Part shown: one piece after another, positions 50,617-60,015 of the stretch
How positions within the stretch are numbered: position 1 is the first letter of the stretch
Layout of the letters: every line of letters begins with the position of its first letter
Assembly: GCA_965116875.1 (NCBI GenBank)
Contig: OZ220733.1
Location: 896,001-960,000 of the forward strand
Direction: 5' to 3'
Origin: Candidatus Latescibacterota bacterium
Lineage (GTDB): Bacteria > Latescibacterota > UBA2968 > GCA-2709665
Length of the DNA: 64,000 bases
Made by a program: the position numbers and the translations under genes
Notes under the pieces: model-generated
Told to the model about the DNA's origin: nothing
The model's database searches: none
What the model saw: the letters and a program-made list of their open reading frames with translations, nothing else

Positions 50617-51008
50617 TTCACGGCTTCCCGGAGGCATGCGACAATGTCGCCGGTATGGGTCCCCGGGCCCCAGAAGAATGCGAGTCCTCTGGCCTTGAGC
50701 GCTTCCCGGTCCGCCGGCGTCATGATGCCCCCGCCGACCACAAGAATTTCATCCGCGCCCCGCGCCTCCAGGAGATCCATTACTTTCGGGAAGATCGTCA
50801 GATGGGCTCCGGAGAGAGAACTGATCCCCAGCACGTCCACGTCTTCCTGGATCGCGGCGGTCACTACTTCGTCCGGCGTGCGGTGCAGGCCGGTATAAAT
50901 GACTTCCATCCCCGCATCCCGCAGCGCGCGCGCCACCACCTTGGCGCCCCGGTCGTGCCCGTCCAGACCGACCTTTGCAATCAGTATGCGAATTCTGCGA
51001 CCGGACAT
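50613..51008 (-). CDS. Cobalamin-binding subunit of acyl-CoA mutase
   Basis: GLDGHDRGAK (DxHxxG), SSLSGAH. Confidence 0.9.
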   Translation of the reverse strand: MSGRRIRILIAKVGLDGHDRGAKVVARALRDAGMEVIYTGLHRTPDEVVTAAIQEDVDVLGISSLSGAHLTIFPKVMDLLEARGADEILVVGGGIMTPADREALKARGLAFFWGPGTHTGDIVACLREAVK

Positions 51009-51211
51009 TTCGACTCCCGAGAGGTAAAACGCGGAAACACAACGCGTCCCTGCGCCATCCCCATTCGCAATGCGAGCGGCGTATATTCCCGGATGGAGGT
51101 TCGAAGTTCCCCGTTTGCGAATCGGCGCCGCAGCCTTTATATTGATCTGAAATCTTCACGCGCACCGCCGGTGCGGCGCGCCATCTACGATATTCAGACC
51201 AGCCTGATTAA

Positions 51212-51269
51212 CAGTCCGTTGACAAAGTCGCTCTGCAGGCGAGCCCGGATGGACTTTTTCAACGGGCTG
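51212..51269. mobile_element. 58-bp MITE with TTAA target duplication (IS5/IS1182-like ends)
   Basis: CAGTCCGTTGACAAAGTC ... GACTTTTTCAACGGGCTG, TTAA on both sides. Confidence 0.7.
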
Positions 51270-51300
51270 TTAACCCGATGTATGGAAGAAAGGCCGAAAA

Positions 51301-52074
51301 ATGGAGGTCCCGAAATACCTGGATCCCGATGCGGTTGCCGGTTTTCGCAGGAACGGATACGTCATGTCGGGCAGCCTCTTCAGCGAGGACGAAGTCCGCA
51401 TCCTGATCGACGCAGTCGAGACGGGCGAGCGGGTGACGAAGAACACCCGCGCAACTGAAGACGCATCGGGAATGCGTTCCAGGCTGTCGATCTGGCACGA
51501 ACTGGGAGACGACATCTGGACCGCGGTTTCCACGTGTCCCCGCATCGTCAACAACATCCGCATCCTGCTGGGCGAAGAGGTTGCCTTCTTCCATGGCAAG
51601 GTGATGTTCAAAGACGCCCATGAAGGGGGCGCGTGGGAGTGGCACCAGGACTACGGATACTGGTACAGCCAGGGTTTCGTCTTTCCACGGATGATCAGCG
51701 CATTTATCGCCCTGGACGAATGCACGCGGGAAAACGGCTGCCTTCGGGTCCTGCGCGGATCCCATCGCCTGGGGCGTCTGGACCACGTCAGAATCGGAAC
51801 CCAGACCGGCACGGATCCCGCAAGGATTACGGAGATCGAACCCCTGTTCGATTGCGTCAACTGCGAGATGTCACCGGGTTCGGTCCTCTTCTTCGACTGC
51901 AACCTTCTCCATTCCTCAACGCCCAATACCTCCAGCCGCCACCGGCGTTCGTTCATTATCTGTTACAATGCGCTGGGCAATCCCCAACTCGGCGAGAGAC
52001 AGACGGCCGACCCATACCCCTGTCCCGTGGGGTCCGACGACGCCATTTCCAGGTACGGAACCGAATCCGGATGA
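51301..52074 (+). CDS. Phytanoyl-CoA dioxygenase family protein (ectoine/proline hydroxylase-like)
   Basis: WEWHQDYGYW, ENGCL..GSH, LLHSS. Confidence 0.85.
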   Translation: MEVPKYLDPDAVAGFRRNGYVMSGSLFSEDEVRILIDAVETGERVTKNTRATEDASGMRSRLSIWHELGDDIWTAVSTCPRIVNNIRILLGEEVAFFHGKVMFKDAHEGGAWEWHQDYGYWYSQGFVFPRMISAFIALDECTRENGCLRVLRGSHRLGRLDHVRIGTQTGTDPARITEIEPLFDCVNCEMSPGSVLFFDCNLLHSSTPNTSSRHRRSFIICYNALGNPQLGERQTADPYPCPVGSDDAISRYGTESG

Positions 52075-52093
52075 CCCGGGTCGGGGCTCCTCA

Positions 52094-53137
52094 CTACCCG
52101 CTCAATACCTCGCGATCACGGTCCTTTCCCGTCAGCGGCAAATCTACCCATGAGCCGTTTCCGGCATGGGAGACGTGAAAACCCACAATTGCCTCCAGCG
52201 TCCGCGCGGCTTCCGATGCCGCGTACGGAAAGGCCGATTCACCATCCAGCCATTCCACAATCTCAACCACCGCCCTGGCCATTGAAGATTCAGTATTCGC
52301 AGGATCCGTCCAGGCTTCCCCCCGCCCGTCCCTGAACTCGACGATCACGTCCCTGCCGTCAAGCACGGCGGAGCCTTCAGTGCCATGAACGGAGATCAGC
52401 GGCGGCAGCGTCCCATAATCCGAGGCGTCTACCGTACAGATCAACCCGCGCTCGAGGCGAAGCATGCCCCAGCCGCCGGGGTCCCGGAACTGGGCCCCGC
52501 GGCAATCCGGCTTTCCGGAGAGGTCCAGCGTACCCGACACGGCCTCGACGGTCCGCCCCGTCAACATCTGGATGGTATCGATGAAATGCGTACCCACGTT
52601 GCCCAGCCTGCCCGATCCCCATTGCATGGATGCGGACGTCAGTTTTCCCAACCCCCCGCCGGAAATGAGGTCCCGCAGACGCCGGGCGTTGGTCTGAAAC
52701 CGCCGGTTGTGGTTCACAATGAGGAGCGTACCGCCGTCGTCGCACGCCTTCAGCATACGCTGGGCGTCCGAAGCCCGGGTGGCGACGGGTTTTTCACAAT
52801 AGACGGCACGCACACCCTGCTCCGCGCATGCGACCGTGACCTCGGCATGAACGGGCGCATAGGTGGCAACGCTTACGATATCCAGCGACTCCGCGGCCAG
52901 CATCTCGCGCCAATCGGCGAACGTGGACACACCCGTACGTTGCTCGAAACGCGCCCTGCGCCCCCTGTCCCTGCTGGACCCTGACGCCAGATCGACCCTG
53001 GGATGCCCCGTCAACGCATCGACATGGGTCCCGTCCAGATCGCTCACCACCTGTCCGATTGCGTCACCCGACACCTGGTCCGCGCCGCCGATGAAACCGA
53101 GACCCACAATCCCCGCGCGATAGGTTTTACCAGCCAT
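52094..53137 (-). CDS. Gfo/Idh/MocA family oxidoreductase
   Basis: GIVGLGFIG, CEKP, NHNRRF. Confidence 0.9.
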   Translation of the reverse strand: MAGKTYRAGIVGLGFIGGADQVSGDAIGQVVSDLDGTHVDALTGHPRVDLASGSSRDRGRRARFEQRTGVSTFADWREMLAAESLDIVSVATYAPVHAEVTVACAEQGVRAVYCEKPVATRASDAQRMLKACDDGGTLLIVNHNRRFQTNARRLRDLISGGGLGKLTSASMQWGSGRLGNVGTHFIDTIQMLTGRTVEAVSGTLDLSGKPDCRGAQFRDPGGWGMLRLERGLICTVDASDYGTLPPLISVHGTEGSAVLDGRDVIVEFRDGRGEAWTDPANTESSMARAVVEIVEWLDGESAFPYAASEAARTLEAIVGFHVSHAGNGSWVDLPLTGKDRDREVLSG

Positions 53138-53258
53138 GTATCCTCCTCGTCCCGCTCGACGACGCGGGATCCGACGCTCCGTTCCCGTCTCCCGTGCCGG
53201 ATTGCGCAGCCGGATTTGTGTCGTTCGTTCGGTCGGTCCCGGTCAAAAACGGGTTTCG

Positions 53259-53882
53259 TCACCCGTCCAATTCCACGGCCCGCCAGAGGTACCAGCTCGC
53301 CACCGACCGGTACGGACGCCAGATCTCACCGTGTTCCAGCAACTCCGCCTGGTCGGGCAGGTCGCTCAACCCGTAGGTGAACATGAACCCCTTTCTCACG
53401 CCCAGGTCCTTCACCGGAAGCACGTCCCCCCGGCCGAGATCGAATATCAGCATCATCTGCACGGTCCACTCGCCAACCCCCCGGACGCGGACAAATCGCT
53501 CGATAATCTCGTCGTCGGACATCCCGCTCAGCCGCCGCCCCGACGGGACCGCGCCTTCGACGGTCTTTGCGGCAAGGTCTTTCACCGCCGCCACCTTGGC
53601 CCGGGACATCCCGGCGCCGCGGAACGCCTCCGCCGGGACAGCCAGGACCTGTTCCGGCTCTGGATGCATTTTTTCAGGAAACAGTTCCAGAACGCGGCCG
53701 TAGATGGTTCCGGCCGCCTTGCCCGAAAGCTGCTGGTAGACAATCGAGCGCATCAACGCACGAAACGGATGGTACGGCGCCCGCGCTTCCAGGAGGCATG
53801 GTCCCGCCCGTTCCATCAGACGTCCCAGCGAGGCGTCCACTCCTGCAAGCGCCGCAACCGCTTCATCGGGATCGTATGTCAA
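53259..53882 (-). CDS. alkA: DNA-3-methyladenine glycosylase II
   Basis: SIVYQQLSGKAA, HhH RGVGEWT, DLGVRK, WRPYRSVASWYLW. Confidence 0.85.
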   Translation of the reverse strand: MTYDPDEAVAALAGVDASLGRLMERAGPCLLEARAPYHPFRALMRSIVYQQLSGKAAGTIYGRVLELFPEKMHPEPEQVLAVPAEAFRGAGMSRAKVAAVKDLAAKTVEGAVPSGRRLSGMSDDEIIERFVRVRGVGEWTVQMMLIFDLGRGDVLPVKDLGVRKGFMFTYGLSDLPDQAELLEHGEIWRPYRSVASWYLWRAVELDG

Positions 53883-53918
53883 TCCATTTTCGATATCCGT
53901 CTCCGCGTCACTATTCGT

Positions 53919-54881
53919 TCAGTCCGCGGCCCGGCTCCCGGTCTCCAATGCAGCGGCAAGAGCCACCGCGCCCAACAGTCCGGAGTTGCCTTTCAGCAGG
54001 GCGGGAAGGATTTTCAGTTGCGGCCGGTGTACGGGCATCAGAAACCGGTCCGCCTGTTCGCGAAGCGGCTCCAGGAGTACGTTGCCGGCATTGGCCACGC
54101 TGCCGCCGATCACAATGGCCTCGGGCGCGAGCGCATTCATTGCCGCCGCCACGCCCATGCCCAGAAAGCGGCAGGTTTCATTCACCAGTTCAAGGGCCAG
54201 CCCGTCGCCGGCCCGCGCGGCATTGAAGACCGCCTTGGCCGAAACCGGACCTTCCGCAGCCTGACGGATCCCGGTACCCCGCCATGGTTGTCTGCGCACG
54301 GCCTCCTCCCCGCGCCGTCCGATGGCCGTGCCGGATGAAAGGGCTTCCAGACAACCCCGATTGCCGCAGTCGCAAAGCGGGCCCTCGGGAAGCACCGGCA
54401 CGTGTCCGAGTTCTCCCGCGTTCCCGTTGGCGCCGCGGTAAATCTCACCGTCGATGATGATTCCCGCACCGATGCCGGTGCCGATGTTGTAATAGACCAT
54501 GTGGCGGCAGCCCCGGCCCGCGCCGAACGTCAATTCACCCAGCGCCCCCGCGTTGGCATCGTTATCCACAATCGCGGGTATCCCCAGGTCTCCCTGAATT
54601 GTCTCGGGGAGGGCCAGATTGTCCCAACCCGCAACGTGTGTGGAGTTAACGATCCGCTGGGAAGCGAAATCCACCGGACCGCCAAAACTGATTCCGCACG
54701 CGGACACCGCTTCGGGGGATGACGCAAGCAGCCGGCGCCCGACTTTCAGGACTCGCTCGATCATCCACCGGGCGCCGCCGGAACGATCGGTGGAACCGGT
54801 CGTACGTTGATGAATACGACCGTCGGACGTACCCAGCGCCAGACTGTAATTGGTGCCGCCAATATCCACCGCAAGGATCAT
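53919..54881 (-). CDS. ROK family sugar kinase
   Basis: DIGGT, NDANA, GTGIG, GELGH..CDCGNRGCLE. Confidence 0.9.
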   Translation of the reverse strand: MILAVDIGGTNYSLALGTSDGRIHQRTTGSTDRSGGARWMIERVLKVGRRLLASSPEAVSACGISFGGPVDFASQRIVNSTHVAGWDNLALPETIQGDLGIPAIVDNDANAGALGELTFGAGRGCRHMVYYNIGTGIGAGIIIDGEIYRGANGNAGELGHVPVLPEGPLCDCGNRGCLEALSSGTAIGRRGEEAVRRQPWRGTGIRQAAEGPVSAKAVFNAARAGDGLALELVNETCRFLGMGVAAAMNALAPEAIVIGGSVANAGNVLLEPLREQADRFLMPVHRPQLKILPALLKGNSGLLGAVALAAALETGSRAAD

Positions 54882-54896
54882 GAATACGCGGCCTCA

Positions 54897-55058
54897 GAAG
54901 CTGTTTTGAAATTTCCGGTGAGTTCCCGAGCGCGAGCGAAAAAGTGGCGGTCAAGGCGGGAAAATCCGCCCATATTTGTCTATACGGGCGGGTTTGACCA
55001 ACGCCGACCGGCGCTTTTGCAGCCGTGCGAAGACCGCTGGGAATTTTAAGACAGCTTC
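54897..55058. mobile_element. ~160-bp MITE with IS5-like ends
   Basis: GAAGCTGTTTTGAAATT ... AATTTTAAGACAGCTTC, flanks TCA/TTA; shorter inverted copy at 58361-58443. Confidence 0.75.
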
Positions 55059-55823
55059 TTAGCCCGCCAACCCGCGGTCGCGAAGGTAGTCCATCGACTG
55101 CTCGATCCGTCGTTCCACGTCGCTCCGCGTCAGCGTTTCACCCTGGATGCCTTCCAGCTCGAGCGTGTACGGCCCGTTGCGTCCGTGACCGGCGAAGATC
55201 TCGAATACGGAGGGAAAGTCCACGATCCCCTCGCCGAGGGCGGGAAAATGCCAGGTTTGAAAGGCGCCGTTCGTATCCTTCAGATGCACGGCCGCCACCG
55301 CGTGGGACACCCTTCGAAACTGCTCGACCGAATCCACGCCTTCATTGTAATAGTGGACGTTGGCCGTATCGAAATTGATGCGGATGTTGGGATGATTCAC
55401 GCTTCGCATCGTCTCCAGCGCCACGTCGGCATTCGTGATCAGATCCGGGTGCGTTTCCATGGCCACGACAATTTCCCGTTCGGCCGCGGCGTCACCGATA
55501 TCCTGCAGCCTCCCGTAGACGAAATCCCGGTCTATGCCTCCCGTCTTTACGCTCGTGAACACCAGACCGACCCCCATCTCCGCCACGGTATTCAGCGAGT
55601 GCGTGAACCTCTGGACCACGTCGTCCGCGTGCATCTCACAGCGAATGATCAGACTTGACGCGCGCAGTCCGAAACCGTCCAGTTCACGCTGAACCGCATC
55701 CGTCTTATCGGCCTCCGGGCATGGAATCTCCACGTAGTTCAGTCCGATCCGGGCAAGATGCTCGTACGCGCCGTCCCGGTACTGTCTGTAGCTGTTCAGA
55801 TTGCAGGCAATCAGGTTTGCCAT
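55059..55823 (-). CDS. Sugar phosphate isomerase/epimerase (TIM barrel)
   Basis: METHP, FDTAN, HLKD, GEGIVDF, LELE. Confidence 0.85.
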   Translation of the reverse strand: MANLIACNLNSYRQYRDGAYEHLARIGLNYVEIPCPEADKTDAVQRELDGFGLRASSLIIRCEMHADDVVQRFTHSLNTVAEMGVGLVFTSVKTGGIDRDFVYGRLQDIGDAAAEREIVVAMETHPDLITNADVALETMRSVNHPNIRINFDTANVHYYNEGVDSVEQFRRVSHAVAAVHLKDTNGAFQTWHFPALGEGIVDFPSVFEIFAGHGRNGPYTLELEGIQGETLTRSDVERRIEQSMDYLRDRGLAG

Positions 55824-55831
55824 AAATCCTC

Positions 55832-57088
55832 CTATCCGTACCGAACCCAACGAACCATTTCCGACAACGTCGCCCGTTTTCCCCTCATGAGGATCCCGAC
55901 CCTGTAGATCCGGGCTGCCGCCCACATGATCCCGGCAATCGTGCCGATCAGAATCAGAATGGACGCCGCGATTTCGATCCACGGAGGCGTGAGGACGTTC
56001 ACCCGGACGATCATGATCATTGGCGCAAAAAACGGAATCAGCGACATCACCACGGACGGTGCGGCGCCGGGCTGCCGGGTAATGAACGTCATTGCGAGCA
56101 GCGAGAGGATCATGGGCACGATCACGAGGATCTGCAGGTGCTGCGCGTCCTGCTCAGTGTCGCAGATTGCGCCGATAATTGCGTAGAGTGTGGCATACAG
56201 AAAATAGCCCAGAACAAAATAGACGCCGAAGTAGACCACCATACCCGTTTCGATCGCGAAGGGCAGGTTGGGCCCGAATGCCATCCTGCCGTACGCCGTG
56301 GCCAGAAGACCCACGCCGATCCACACCGTGACCTGAACCAGGCTGGCGGCTCCGATACCCAGAATCTTGCCCGCCATCATCTGCAACGGATCGACCGATG
56401 AAAGCATCACCTCGACCATGCGGGTGGATTTTTCTTCCAGGACACCGCGCATCACCATGATGCCATAGATAATGGTAACCATATAAAGCAGCATTGCAAA
56501 TGCGAACGAAGTGAAATATTCCCGGGCAAACCCGCTCTTCTTCTCCTTACCCTTGACGATTTTAAGCGTCTGCAACTGCACCCTGCGGGTCCATTTTCTC
56601 ACCGATTCCGGGTCCAGCCCCCGCTGAGCGAGCCTGTGGGCAACCACGATTTGACTCAACGCGCTTCGCAATCGCCCGACCTGTCGGATATCGCTCACGT
56701 TTTTCCCGTAGAACCCGGCCTCGCCCTTCTCGAAAACGTCGGGAGGCACGACCAGGTAGGCGTCCAGTTTTCCCGCGTTGATCTCGGAGGTGAGCTGTCG
56801 CCGCGTGGTTTCCGGATCGGGACCGGGCCGTACTTCCTGCAACAGATATTCCGGTCGTCCGTCCTTGAGTCGTTCGTCCAGGCGGTCTTCGAGCGGCTGA
56901 TACAGAATCCCGGTCTGGTCCACCACCGCAATACGCTTCTGCTTGCCCATGTCTACCCGCGCCAGAAGGACGGGGACGAGGACGCTGGCCGCGACGAATA
57001 CCGGCACCAGGAACAGGCCGATGAGGAAGCTCTTCTTCCGGACGATCTCTATGAACTCCCGTCGGACGATCTTCAATGTCTTATTCAT
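55832..57088 (-). CDS. ABC-2 type permease (NatB-like)
   Basis: VLEEKSTRMVEVMLSS, GKILG, IYRVGIL. Confidence 0.9.
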   Translation of the reverse strand: MNKTLKIVRREFIEIVRKKSFLIGLFLVPVFVAASVLVPVLLARVDMGKQKRIAVVDQTGILYQPLEDRLDERLKDGRPEYLLQEVRPGPDPETTRRQLTSEINAGKLDAYLVVPPDVFEKGEAGFYGKNVSDIRQVGRLRSALSQIVVAHRLAQRGLDPESVRKWTRRVQLQTLKIVKGKEKKSGFAREYFTSFAFAMLLYMVTIIYGIMVMRGVLEEKSTRMVEVMLSSVDPLQMMAGKILGIGAASLVQVTVWIGVGLLATAYGRMAFGPNLPFAIETGMVVYFGVYFVLGYFLYATLYAIIGAICDTEQDAQHLQILVIVPMILSLLAMTFITRQPGAAPSVVMSLIPFFAPMIMIVRVNVLTPPWIEIAASILILIGTIAGIMWAAARIYRVGILMRGKRATLSEMVRWVRYG

Positions 57089-57998
57089 CCTGTTCTTCCC
57101 CGGAATCTTCGCCGCCAACAGCTATTAAAAAGATATCCCTGAGAGACGGCTCCGAAACTTCGAACCGTTGTACCTGAGCCGCGGAAAGCGCATGTCTCAG
57201 CAGGTCGCCAGGGTCGGCGCCCGGCTGGAGCTCAACCTCCACGTGATTCCCGTGATTTTCCGCATGCCGAACCAGGTTCGTATCCTTGAGAAAATCGTCC
57301 CTCCCCTGGAAAGCAATACGCAACCGGTTCCTTCTATAAAGGGACTTCAATTCCGGTACCGTGCCTTCCAGTACCTTCCTGCCGCGGTTGATCAGACAGA
57401 TCCGGTCGCAGAGCGCTTCCGCGTCCTCCATCTGGTGCGTGGAAAAAATGAGAATCTTGCCCTCGCGCGTTATATCTTGCATGATCTCCTTCAGTACGGC
57501 CACGTTGATCGGATCCAACCCGCTGAACGGCTCGTCGAGAATCAGGAGATCGGGATCATGCATGATGGTCGCGATGAATTGCAGCTTCTGCTGCATACCC
57601 TTGGAAAGCTGATCAACCCGCCGGTTCGACCATTCCGACAGGCCCATCCGTTCCAGCCACTCTCCCGCGCGGCCTGCCGCTTCCGAGCGGGAAAGCGACT
57701 TGATCTCCCCAAGAAACACCAGCAGGTCCATTACCCGCATTTTGGGATACAGCCCTCGTTCTTCGGGCAGGTAGCCAAGCCGGTCCCTCGACAGTCCCGC
57801 GCCCCCGTTGCCGTAATCGATGGTTCCCGAATCCGGCCCGTATATTCCCAGGATGGTACGAATCGTCGTGGTCTTGCCCGCGCCGTTGGGGCCCAGCAGA
57901 CCGAAGGTCTCACCCGCGGCGATCTCCAGATCCAACCCGTCCACCGCCGTGACGCCGTCGAACGTCTTCGTGACCTGTTGAAGCAGAATCCTGCGCAT
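57081..57998 (-). CDS. ABC transporter ATP-binding protein (NatA-like)
   Basis: GPNGAGKTT, LSKGMQQ, LDEPFSGLD. Confidence 0.95.
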   Translation of the reverse strand: MRRILLQQVTKTFDGVTAVDGLDLEIAAGETFGLLGPNGAGKTTTIRTILGIYGPDSGTIDYGNGGAGLSRDRLGYLPEERGLYPKMRVMDLLVFLGEIKSLSRSEAAGRAGEWLERMGLSEWSNRRVDQLSKGMQQKLQFIATIMHDPDLLILDEPFSGLDPINVAVLKEIMQDITREGKILIFSTHQMEDAEALCDRICLINRGRKVLEGTVPELKSLYRRNRLRIAFQGRDDFLKDTNLVRHAENHGNHVEVELQPGADPGDLLRHALSAAQVQRFEVSEPSLRDIFLIAVGGEDSGEEQDE

Positions 57999-58360
57999 AG
58001 GGTTCTCCGCTACTGATCCAAACGGGATATGCGTAGGGGGTTCTCCGTTACCGGAGGCTGAAGGTCAACACTGAACAGGCTTAACCTCTTTAATTCACAA
58101 AAACCCAAACGAACATGGATAAACAGGATAGACAGGATAAAAGCCAAAACCGAACAGGATGAGAAACCAGGAGCAGGACAAATGCTCACTTTTCCGTGCA
58201 AGAATAATCGACGCCTACCTCTGCAAACTGCGCAACATCACACCGAACAACCAGATTCCGCATTTCTTCAGGTGCTGTCGTAAAAAAACCTCGCGGTATT
58301 TATCGAAATACAACCGGTTATACAACAGAACCACCGGTCTTTGTGAATAATTCAGGTTCA

Positions 58361-58443
58361 GAAGATATCTTAAATTTCCCAGCGGTCTTCGCACGGCTGC
58401 AAAAGGCCGGTCGGGAACTCACCGGCAAATTTAAGACAACTTC
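58361..58443. mobile_element. Internally deleted copy of the 54897-55058 MITE
   Basis: Shares both ends in inverted orientation and lacks about 80 bp of interior. Confidence 0.75.
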
Positions 58444-58764
58444 TAAAATACGAGCAGCGGGAAGGGCGCGCAACAGGACTTTCCCGGCCGTTGAATAACA
58501 CCCAACGGCCGCCCCTGAGTGGCTGGCCCGTATTGCGCAAATAAAAAGACGCCGGCCGCACAATGTACGATCGACGTCTTTCGGGAGGGATGTAGCATGG
58601 TTGTACCGCTTAGACGCATTTCGAACAAGATAGTTTCAGAATCTTCAGCGAAAACGTCCGATATCCACTGGCTTAATCTTTCTGCTGTTTTGAGTGCAAG
58701 GTTTCTCGTGCAGAGGGTCGCTTCAAGGTCGTCAGTCCGTCGCCTTCCACGCCTCGGCTTCTCG

Positions 58765-60015
58765 TCAATCCAGATGACGTTTCGCGAGCCTGCCAACGTA
58801 ACTCCCGGTGGCCGTCACCTGTGCCGCCAGCCAATACTGAAGTGCCAGCGGCTTAAGCGGCTGTTCGCTCAGATAGACCTGGTGCCAGCCCTTGCCGATG
58901 ACCGCCAGCCGGGAGCCAAGGACCGCAAAGCCGATCACCATCGATGGGACGCAAAGAAACGCCACCACCGGGATCAGCGGCGGAAACGCAATCGCCATTG
59001 CGGCCAGGAGCCCTGATACGGCCGCCCCGCTGACTCCTGCCGTGACGACGGATCTGACGATGGCGCGGTACATTTCGCCTTCCGTGATCTCGCCTCTTTG
59101 ATACAGGAGACCGCATTCCAACACGGCCACGACTGCCGCCATCGCCGCCGCGACCGAGGCGCCCTTCAAGGCACATCTTGTCGTCTCCAGAAGCGTCGCA
59201 CGCAAGGCGTTGCCGTTAAGGGCACGCTGTGCGGCATCCAGTTCCGTGGCTGTCATCCGGTCGCTGCCCCGCGCGCGATTCAGGGAGGCGTTTTCAAAAA
59301 TGCCGTTTGACGCCGAGTCACTGCCACCTTGGCTATACGCCTTGACGTGACTCCAATCCATGCCCTCCAACGCGTTCGCCGTTGCATCGGGCCCTGCTGC
59401 CCGGATCTGTTCCGGAATCGTCTCCCAGACCCTTTTTGCCGCGGCCAGATCTCGTGGCTCCCCCCGCGTTCCGGCGTACAAATACTTTGTCGGATCCAGG
59501 TCTTTCCAGTCGAGGTTTCGCGAAAATCGGGAAAGGTGGCCGTATGTTTCCCAGAATGGCGTCGGGTCGCGAATAACCTCCTGCATTTTCTGGAAAGGTG
59601 CCTCTGTTCGTACCTTCTCCCAAACCCGGATAGATGCATCCCTGACACCGTCTGCGACCTGTTCCACTCCGCCGCGAGCTTTTTCGGCAGACCGCGTAGC
59701 CGCATCCTTTGCAACTGAGGCGACGTGAGTTGTTCCAATTCGCGTCTTGTCGGTGGACCAGGTTGCCGCGTTCTTGATTCCCACCGCAACCCGTGACGCC
59801 GGCCTGCGGACCTTCTTGGCCGCCGAAGGAGCATTACACGTTTCGTTCTCAACAGTTCCTTCCATTGCCTGGATCTCCATAGTGGACTCGAATATTGCAC
59901 CATTCGCGAAGGAATCGCCCGGCTGCGCCGCATTGACACGTTCCGCGAGGAGAGGTTTCGAATATTGGCTTGAAAGCTTCCAGTTCTTTGTACCGTGACT
60001 CCAATCTTCCGTCAT
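58765..60015 (-). CDS. Hypothetical membrane protein with 22-aa repeats and an HNH-like motif
   Basis: DWSHVKAYSQGG..N..NRARG; C-terminal hydrophobic helices; ATGA overlap with upstream helicase (start could instead be 59880). Confidence 0.65.
   Translation of the reverse strand: MTEDWSHGTKNWKLSSQYSKPLLAERVNAAQPGDSFANGAIFESTMEIQAMEGTVENETCNAPSAAKKVRRPASRVAVGIKNAATWSTDKTRIGTTHVASVAKDAATRSAEKARGGVEQVADGVRDASIRVWEKVRTEAPFQKMQEVIRDPTPFWETYGHLSRFSRNLDWKDLDPTKYLYAGTRGEPRDLAAAKRVWETIPEQIRAAGPDATANALEGMDWSHVKAYSQGGSDSASNGIFENASLNRARGSDRMTATELDAAQRALNGNALRATLLETTRCALKGASVAAAMAAVVAVLECGLLYQRGEITEGEMYRAIVRSVVTAGVSGAAVSGLLAAMAIAFPPLIPVVAFLCVPSMVIGFAVLGSRLAVIGKGWHQVYLSEQPLKPLALQYWLAAQVTATGSYVGRLAKRHLD

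Noticed and set aside
49684-51200. Cobalamin riboswitch or novel system at meaB / B12-binding subunit
   Set aside because: No B12-box recognised; split mutase subunits with meaB and a distant large subunit are common.
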